Below, one piece after another: positions 58,597 to 64,000 of a stretch of 64,000 bases of DNA. Within the stretch, counting starts at the first letter, position 1. Each line of letters starts with the position of its first letter. The position numbers and the translations under genes are program-made. The notes beneath the pieces are model-generated. The model was not told the origin of the DNA, ran no database searches, and was given only the letters and a program-made list of their open reading frames with translations. Origin of the DNA: Patescibacteria group bacterium (GTDB lineage Bacteria; Patescibacteriota; UBA1384; XYA2-FULL-43-10; 1-14-0-10-43-13); the NCBI GenBank assembly GCA_041671645.1, contig JBAZBD010000001.1:173365-237364 (forward strand). The letters run 5' to 3'.

Positions 58597-58749
58597 CTAC
58601 CAGTCTTCGTGACCAGGTGGGTCTTTAACGAACCCATAGTTCACGCATCCAGTCGGTAGCTTTTCTTTTGCGGCGGGTTTATCCGCCTTCTTTTGTTTGG
58701 CTTGGGCAGAGTTTGTGCCGGTAGCCCCGGCATTTTTGGCTTTGCGCAT
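58597..58749 (-). CDS. Small basic hypothetical protein (50 aa)
   Basis: AAGGAGG RBS before ATG 58749. Confidence 0.5.
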   Translation of the reverse strand: MRKAKNAGATGTNSAQAKQKKADKPAAKEKLPTGCVNYGFVKDPPGHEDW

Positions 58750-58765
58750 TTCCCCTCCTTTACGG

Positions 58766-59008
58766 CTAATAGCCGTTGCGGGCGGCATAGCATCCAAGGA
58801 TCAGGAAGACGGCTGCTGTAGCAACCCACATCTTCATGAGTAGGTATGGGTCCAGTTTATCAAGCCAGCTTGGCTTGGGCGTAGGCCATCGTGGGTCATT
58901 CTTGGCCAGCGAGATTATCTCGTTTCTCCTGCAGACGATGCCAAGTGTGACCGTCAGAATCCCTACGAGCATCAGTGCAACCCATGTTGCGGTTACAATC
59001 AGAATCAT
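58766..59008 (-). CDS. Small two-TM membrane protein
   Basis: AGGAGG RBS; two hydrophobic segments. Confidence 0.6.
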   Translation of the reverse strand: MILIVTATWVALMLVGILTVTLGIVCRRNEIISLAKNDPRWPTPKPSWLDKLDPYLLMKMWVATAAVFLILGCYAARNGY

Positions 59009-59017
59009 TTTTTCCTC

Positions 59018-59386
59018 CTATCCCCGTGGGAACATTTCTTTTCCTGCAAAAACCATGCAGAAGAAGAGGGCCGCCGTGGCGATTATCCCGCCCCAGAAGA
59101 TTAAACTCTTGGGCATTTTTTGGCTTCGAGTATCTTTTTGAGATAGATAGCCGCCAAGGAAAATGGCCACGACTGACGTAATTGCGAGTTCGGTAATTGG
59201 CATACCTCTCTCGCAGATCCAGATAAAAGCCTGGATCGTAACTCCCGAAATGACTGCGCAGTATGACCACCAGAAGACGGCTTTGGCACCGTAACTGCCT
59301 TTCTGGCAAAATAACTTGCCGGAAATCATAATGCACAAGCCCGCAACAGCAATTGCTGCCGGGACGTAGAAAATTAATGCTCTCAT
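59018..59386 (-). CDS. Small four-TM membrane protein
   Basis: GGGAGG RBS; hydrophobic. Confidence 0.6.
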   Translation of the reverse strand: MRALIFYVPAAIAVAGLCIMISGKLFCQKGSYGAKAVFWWSYCAVISGVTIQAFIWICERGMPITELAITSVVAIFLGGYLSQKDTRSQKMPKSLIFWGGIIATAALFFCMVFAGKEMFPRG

Positions 59387-59421
59387 CAGTGCCCTCCCGT
59401 GTATGAGATACTTAGTTTTCT

Positions 59422-59625
59422 TCAGAAGTGAATGTCGCCACCCGCTCCGCCATGGTTACTCGGACTGTGCATCTGTTCATGTGCCAGCTCGCCAACAAGT
59501 AATATCCACCCGATAAAAGCGAGGTAAAAGCCCAGTTCACCAATTTTTGACTTTTTCCCTCGGGTGCAGAACGCAATGATTATTCCGATGGCCAGCATCG
59601 GAAGGCTGATGTACCATATAGGCAT
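59422..59625 (-). CDS. Small two-TM membrane protein with His-containing tail
   Basis: GGGGG RBS before ATG 59625. Confidence 0.5.
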   Translation of the reverse strand: MPIWYISLPMLAIGIIIAFCTRGKKSKIGELGFYLAFIGWILLVGELAHEQMHSPSNHGGAGGDIHF

Positions 59626-59635
59626 AAGAACCCCC

Positions 59636-59833
59636 TTATTCTTCCACGCTGTCCGGAATATGCCGGAATCCGCCACAAATGTGGCATAAGATTGTCTGCC
59701 GTTTGCAACGGCTGCAGAAATTGCCGACTTCGCTTGGCACGACTGCTTCACAATCAGACATGTACTTTGCCTGTGTCGCGGCAATGTCGGGACACGTACA
59801 TGCGAAAGGTTTCTTTTCGGGCTCATCTTTCAT
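59636..59833 (-). CDS. Small Cys-rich (Zn-ribbon-like) protein
   Basis: GGGAGG RBS; CTC, C, CSRC, CHIC. Confidence 0.55.
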   Translation of the reverse strand: MKDEPEKKPFACTCPDIAATQAKYMSDCEAVVPSEVGNFCSRCKRQTILCHICGGFRHIPDSVEE

Positions 59834-59902
59834 ATCACAAGCCTCCCTTGACCGAAACAATAAAATAAACTATGATGTTTGTCAATAGTAAACCAAGCAA
59901 AA

Positions 59903-61000
59903 ATGGCAAAAGAAAACGAAAAAAAGAAAATTAAGGTAGCAATTGGAATGTCCGGTGGAGTTGACTCTTCCGTCGCGGCCATGCTTCTCAAAGAGCAGGG
60001 CTTCGAAGTGGTCGGCCTTTTTTTGAAGCTCTGGAGCGATGAGAGCTGCGCTATATCTCGCGAAAATGCCTGTTGCGATGAGAAAGCCTTGGCTGACGCG
60101 CGCAAGGTGGCGGCGGAGCTCGAAATACCATTTTACGTTGTTGACGCCAGGGAAAAATTCAAGAAAGATATTGTTGATTATTATCTGGATGAATATCGGG
60201 CTCTGCGTACTCCAAATCCCTGCGTTCTTTGCAATAAGAAGATCAAGTTTGGCTGGATGCTCGAATTTGCAGAGCAGATCGGTTGCGAAAAAGTTGCGAC
60301 TGGACATTATTCGAGAATCGAAAAGACAGACCATTACAGATTATTCCGAGGCAAAGATAAGAACAAAGACCAAAGTTACTTTCTCTGGCAATTGGGCCAG
60401 GAGCAATTGTCTAAAATCATTTTTCCGCTCGGTGAAATGACCAAAGATCGGGTTCGTGCCTTGGCCAAGGAGAAAAATTTGCCAGTCTACGAAAAGGTCG
60501 AGAGCCAGGAGATATGTTTCGTGGCAGACGATTATCGAGAATTTCTGAAGCGTCATTTACCTCCAGAATATTTTGAATCTGGACGGATTGTCGACCAAAA
60601 GGGATATACAGTTGGTCAGCATGAGGGCTTGGTCAATTATACGATTGGACAACGAAAGGGCATTAGCCAATCAGCAAGTCAGCTAGCCAGCGAGTCAGTA
60701 AATAGACAACCGCTTTATGTTGTTGGGTTTAACTTGGAGAAGAATGAATTGATCGTGGGCGAAAATGCAGACACTTCACGAAGTGAAATGATTGTGGCTG
60801 ATGCATACATCAACAAGTTTGAAGACGTTAAGGTCAAGATTCGATATAGGGCCGAAGCTGTGACCTGCACTGTAAAATCCCTTATTCCTAATTCCTCATT
60901 CCTTATTCAATTTGAAACTCCTCAGCGCGCTGTGACACCTGGGCAATCGGCCGTGTTCTACTGCGGCGACGAAGTCGTTGGCGGGGGAATCATTCGATAA
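59903..61000 (+). CDS. mnmA: tRNA 2-thiouridine synthase
   Basis: MSGGVDSSVAA, TPNPC..CN..IKFG, ATGHY, KDQSYFL, SQEICF, YTIGQRKG, PGQSAVFY. Confidence 0.96.
   Translation: MAKENEKKKIKVAIGMSGGVDSSVAAMLLKEQGFEVVGLFLKLWSDESCAISRENACCDEKALADARKVAAELEIPFYVVDAREKFKKDIVDYYLDEYRALRTPNPCVLCNKKIKFGWMLEFAEQIGCEKVATGHYSRIEKTDHYRLFRGKDKNKDQSYFLWQLGQEQLSKIIFPLGEMTKDRVRALAKEKNLPVYEKVESQEICFVADDYREFLKRHLPPEYFESGRIVDQKGYTVGQHEGLVNYTIGQRKGISQSASQLASESVNRQPLYVVGFNLEKNELIVGENADTSRSEMIVADAYINKFEDVKVKIRYRAEAVTCTVKSLIPNSSFLIQFETPQRAVTPGQSAVFYCGDEVVGGGIIR
60663..60702 (+). repeat. Intragenic 8-bp periodic repeat in mnmA
   Basis: TTAGCCAA TCAGCAAG TCAGCTAG CCAGCGAG TCAGTAAA. Confidence 0.7.
60876..60908 (+). repeat. 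Intragenic heptamer repeat (NATTCCT) in mnmA
   Basis: AATCCCT TATTCCT AATTCCT CATTCCT TATTC; encodes SLIPNSSFLI; same unit as the pcrA element. Confidence 0.85.
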
Positions 61001-61001
61001 A

Positions 61002-61045
61002 CCCCTTCTAACTTCCCCTTCTAACTTCCCCTTCTAAAGGGGAAG
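61002..61045. repeat. REP-like hairpin with a 13-bp tandem duplication
   Basis: (CCCCTTCTAACTT)x2, then CTTCCCCTT-CTA-AAGGGGAAG. Confidence 0.7.
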
Positions 61046-61068
61046 AACCATGGCTATAATAGCAACAG

Positions 61069-63114
61069 ATGGAAAAACTCGATTTTCAAACAAAGATTAT
61101 ATATTTGCCCTCAGTTGGGATCAAAGGCGCCAAGAAATTTGAGCGGCTTGGACTTTTCTCGATCTCAGATTTAATTTACTATTTTCCACGACGTTATGAG
61201 GATTACACTAGAATCTCCAAGATCTCAAATATTGCGGCAGAGCTAGCCGATGATTGGCAAAATAACAACAATTTTACGGTCAAAGGTCAGATATTAGCAA
61301 TTGCCAACAAAAAGACGCGGAGGCGCGGTTTTACGGTCACGGAGGCGGTGGTAGATGACGAGTCGGCTAGTCTAAAAGTGGTTTGGTTCAATCAACCTTA
61401 CTTGGCCAAAATGTTGCACAACGGTAGCTTCGTCATATTGAACGGCAAGGTTAATTTTGATCGTTTTTCTGGCGGATACGCCATGGAGTCGCCGGTCAGG
61501 GTAGACCGACCGAGAATCGCTCCAATTTACAGCGTCACTTCGGGTGTGACTAGTTTCTATATCGCCAAGTTGATCAACACAATTTTGCCCATTGCTGATG
61601 AAATCGAAGAGTATTTGCCGGCCGAAATTATTCAAAAATACGATTTGTTGCCGATCGGCGAGACTATTTCGAATATTCACAATCCAAAAGATAATATTTC
61701 TCTTGCCAAGGCCCAGGCGCGTCTGGCTTTTGATGAACTTTTCTTCATCTCTCTCCAATCTGCGATTGCCAAAGCGGAAAGAAGCGGCGAGAAGTCCTAT
61801 AAAATTGAAACTGACTTGGACGAATTGAAATCTGAGATTGCCAAATTGCCATTTGAATTAACTGGAGATCAGAAGAAGGCACTCTGGGAGATTGTCAAAG
61901 ATCTGGGTAACCCTCACCCGATGAGCCGACTGCTCAACGGAGATGTTGGGAGTGGCAAGACGATAGTAGCGGCTCTGGCGGCTTGGTCCGTCAAGCAAGC
62001 GGGCATGAAGTCGCTTCTGATGGTACCGACAGAGATTTTGGCAAATCAACATTTTGAGACACTCACGAAGCTATTTGGCGATGGCGTTGGGATTTTCACC
62101 TCATCGAAGAAAATGGCCAAAGATACAGATTGGATTATTGTCGGAACCCAGGCTTTGATCCAAAAGGGTGTTAGTTTTTCAGATATTGGACTGGTAATCG
62201 TTGACGAACAACATCGCTTCGGGGTTGATCAGAGAGCTGCTTTGCAGGGTAAATTAGAGGCAAAGAAGGAAGCAATGACGCCTCACTTCCTGAGTATGAC
62301 AGCCACGCCGATACCACGGACTTTGCACTTGGCACTCTTTGGCGATTTGGACTTGAGTATAATTCGTGAGAAACCAGCCAATCGTAAGGAGATCAAAACA
62401 CGTTTCGTCGAGCCGTTCAATCGAGATAAGGCCTATGAATTTATCAGAGCTCAGATTCGGGCTGGCCGCCAGGCCTTTGTTATCTGTCCGTTGATTGAGG
62501 AGAAGGAACGAGAAATCAAAGAGAATTTGTTTGAGGAGGATAGGAAGTCGGTAATTTCTGAGTTTGAGAAGCTAAAAACTATTTTTTCTGAGCTAGAAAT
62601 AGCAATGTTACACGGCAAGCTGAAAGCCAAAGAGAAGGATCAGATTATGTCCGAATTTGCTTCTGGCAAGACACAATTACTCGTCTCTACCTCGGTGATC
62701 GAGGTAGGAGTTGACGTGCCCAACGCGACCGTAATGATGATTGAGGACGCCGAAAGATTTGGTCTGGCTCAGATTCACCAATTTCGAGGACGAGTCGGTC
62801 GGGCAGAGCACCAATCTTTTTGCTTTCTATTTTCAAATTCTACGAGCGACAAAGCATTGACTCGATTAAAGGCACTTGAATCGACAACGGACGGCTTCAA
62901 GCTGGCCGAGATAGATTTGGAGACGAGGGGAGCGGGATCGATCTTCGGCACCAGCCAATCTGGCTTGATAGATCTCAGGATGGCTTCATATTCGGACTAC
63001 CATCTGATCCAGATGGCGAGTGAGGCGGCCAAGGAAACGGTCAACAAAATCAAAACTCTTCCAAAACTTGCCAAAAAGTTGGATAATTTTATCTATAACA
63101 AACATTTAGAGTAA
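61069..63114 (+). CDS. recG: ATP-dependent DNA helicase RecG
   Basis: RLAFDE, GDVGSGKT, DEQHRFG, MTATPIPRT, AERFGLAQ.HQ.RGRVGR, DGF.LAE.DL..RG.G. Confidence 0.97.
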   Translation: MEKLDFQTKIIYLPSVGIKGAKKFERLGLFSISDLIYYFPRRYEDYTRISKISNIAAELADDWQNNNNFTVKGQILAIANKKTRRRGFTVTEAVVDDESASLKVVWFNQPYLAKMLHNGSFVILNGKVNFDRFSGGYAMESPVRVDRPRIAPIYSVTSGVTSFYIAKLINTILPIADEIEEYLPAEIIQKYDLLPIGETISNIHNPKDNISLAKAQARLAFDELFFISLQSAIAKAERSGEKSYKIETDLDELKSEIAKLPFELTGDQKKALWEIVKDLGNPHPMSRLLNGDVGSGKTIVAALAAWSVKQAGMKSLLMVPTEILANQHFETLTKLFGDGVGIFTSSKKMAKDTDWIIVGTQALIQKGVSFSDIGLVIVDEQHRFGVDQRAALQGKLEAKKEAMTPHFLSMTATPIPRTLHLALFGDLDLSIIREKPANRKEIKTRFVEPFNRDKAYEFIRAQIRAGRQAFVICPLIEEKEREIKENLFEEDRKSVISEFEKLKTIFSELEIAMLHGKLKAKEKDQIMSEFASGKTQLLVSTSVIEVGVDVPNATVMMIEDAERFGLAQIHQFRGRVGRAEHQSFCFLFSNSTSDKALTRLKALESTTDGFKLAEIDLETRGAGSIFGTSQSGLIDLRMASYSDYHLIQMASEAAKETVNKIKTLPKLAKKLDNFIYNKHLE

Positions 63115-63131
63115 ATTTCTCTGGGAAATCT

Positions 63132-63653
63132 ATGGGGGATTTCATTGAACGAAACAAAATAGCGATCGGGGTGCTCTTGCTTATTTTGACTTTGGCCAGC
63201 GGCGGGTATTTGCTCTGGCGAGAGAATTATTTGAAGCCCGACACGAGCAAAAGATTGGAAGATGCAGAGAAGCAGATAGCGGAGCTCAAAAATGCCAGTC
63301 AGAAGGCTCCTTCTGTCCAAGAGGTCAAGCCGGAGGAAATAATCCAGGCTGCAGAGGGCAAGAGCGTAGAAACGGCTCCTGCCGCACCTGTGGTAAAGCC
63401 AACCGTCAAAGCTACCGTCCCAGCGCCAGTTGTGACAGCACCGGTTGTTGCGCCAGTCGCTGGGAAAATTAATATCAATACTGCTGATGCAACCGAGCTA
63501 GACAAATTGAAGGGGATAGGCCCAGTATTGGCACAGAGAATTTTGGATTATAGAACGAAAAATGGTTCGTTTAAATCGACTGATGAACTCAAAAACGTCT
63601 CCGGCATAGGAGATAAAATATTTGAGAAGTTTAAGAACGATATAACGATCTAA
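63132..63653 (+). CDS. comEA: ComEA-type helix-hairpin-helix DNA-binding competence protein
   Basis: N-terminal TM; KININTA...EL..L.GIGP..AQRI..YR...G.F. Confidence 0.9.
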   Translation: MGDFIERNKIAIGVLLLILTLASGGYLLWRENYLKPDTSKRLEDAEKQIAELKNASQKAPSVQEVKPEEIIQAAEGKSVETAPAAPVVKPTVKATVPAPVVTAPVVAPVAGKININTADATELDKLKGIGPVLAQRILDYRTKNGSFKSTDELKNVSGIGDKIFEKFKNDITI

Positions 63654-63654
63654 T

Positions 63655-64000
63655 TTATACGGATAGGACTTCTTGGACTTCTTTGGCCAGAGACCTCTCG
63701 TCATCACGAACCTTGGTAATTTTGGCCAGCATAGCGTCAGCTTTGGTCAATTTGTCTTGCAATTCTTTGATTGAGTCTTCGAGGTCGCCCTTGGCTAGTT
63801 TGATCTTGCTCTCCAAATCGGCCAGATTGTCGCCATCATCGTCATCTGCGGCGGCAACGGAGGAGGTTGGTTTGGCATCATTTTCGTGCATCTTGATCAG
63901 GTCAGCGGCAGCGACAATGCTGTTGTCATCTGATTTTTCGCTGATAGGAGCTGAAACTGGAGCGTCGGCTAAGCCGTCCGAGCCAGCACCAAACTCAAAA
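63655..64000 (-). CDS. C-terminal part of an acidic hypothetical protein (begins beyond window end)
   Basis: The frame of track ORF 63655..63891 appears to stay open to the window edge. Confidence 0.6.
   Translation of the reverse strand, partial: FEFGAGSDGLADAPVSAPISEKSDDNSIVAAADLIKMHENDAKPTSSVAAADDDDGDNLADLESKIKLAKGDLEDSIKELQDKLTKADAMLAKITKVRDDERSLAKEVQEVLSV

Noticed and set aside
1887-60908. Diversity-generating retroelement as the source of the repeats
   Set aside because: No reverse transcriptase and no TR/VR pair differing only at adenines was seen
1-64000. Alternative genetic code (UGA=Gly, as in Gracilibacteria/Absconditabacteria)
   Set aside because: Conserved genes are full length under code 11 and several (dnaB, rsmA) end at TGA in the expected place

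Overview
Bacterial chromosomal segment using the standard genetic code. The gene content (many acidic orphan proteins, type IV pilus and ComEA genes, a TrmB regulator, little metabolism) suggests a Patescibacteria/CPR genome; this is an inference. The housekeeping backbone is dnaE (partial), rpmA, rplS, gltX, dnaX, dnaB, rlmN, pcrA, rsmA, rsmI, metG, tatD, iscS, iscU, folD, mnmA, recG, comEA, tRNA-Gln and tRNA-Glu, interleaved with self-contained accessory genes. No integrase, transposase, CRISPR array or rRNA was seen. Most notable: (1) a TrmB-divergent locus at 44.7-47.5 kb, with a consensus promoter, about 0.9 kb of hairpin-rich non-coding sequence, then two tandem cassettes in which unrelated small ORFs share a conserved structured 5' leader and 3' hairpin; (2) a complete promoter-to-terminator non-coding unit of about 520 nt at 33 kb, built as a hairpin array, which shares a boxA-like motif with locus 1; (3) 7-bp-periodic repeat elements both inside intact housekeeping genes and between genes, including an exact 77-bp copy in front of both dnaE and dnaX; (4) unusual proteins: HypC fused to a HydE-like radical SAM enzyme, HU fused to a degenerate PilB, an animal-type PAICS, an HTH-NRAMP fusion, and an orphan CxxC-bearing Phd protein ahead of iscS-iscU. 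All family calls come from motif recognition and all RNA folds were read by eye; no searches were run.
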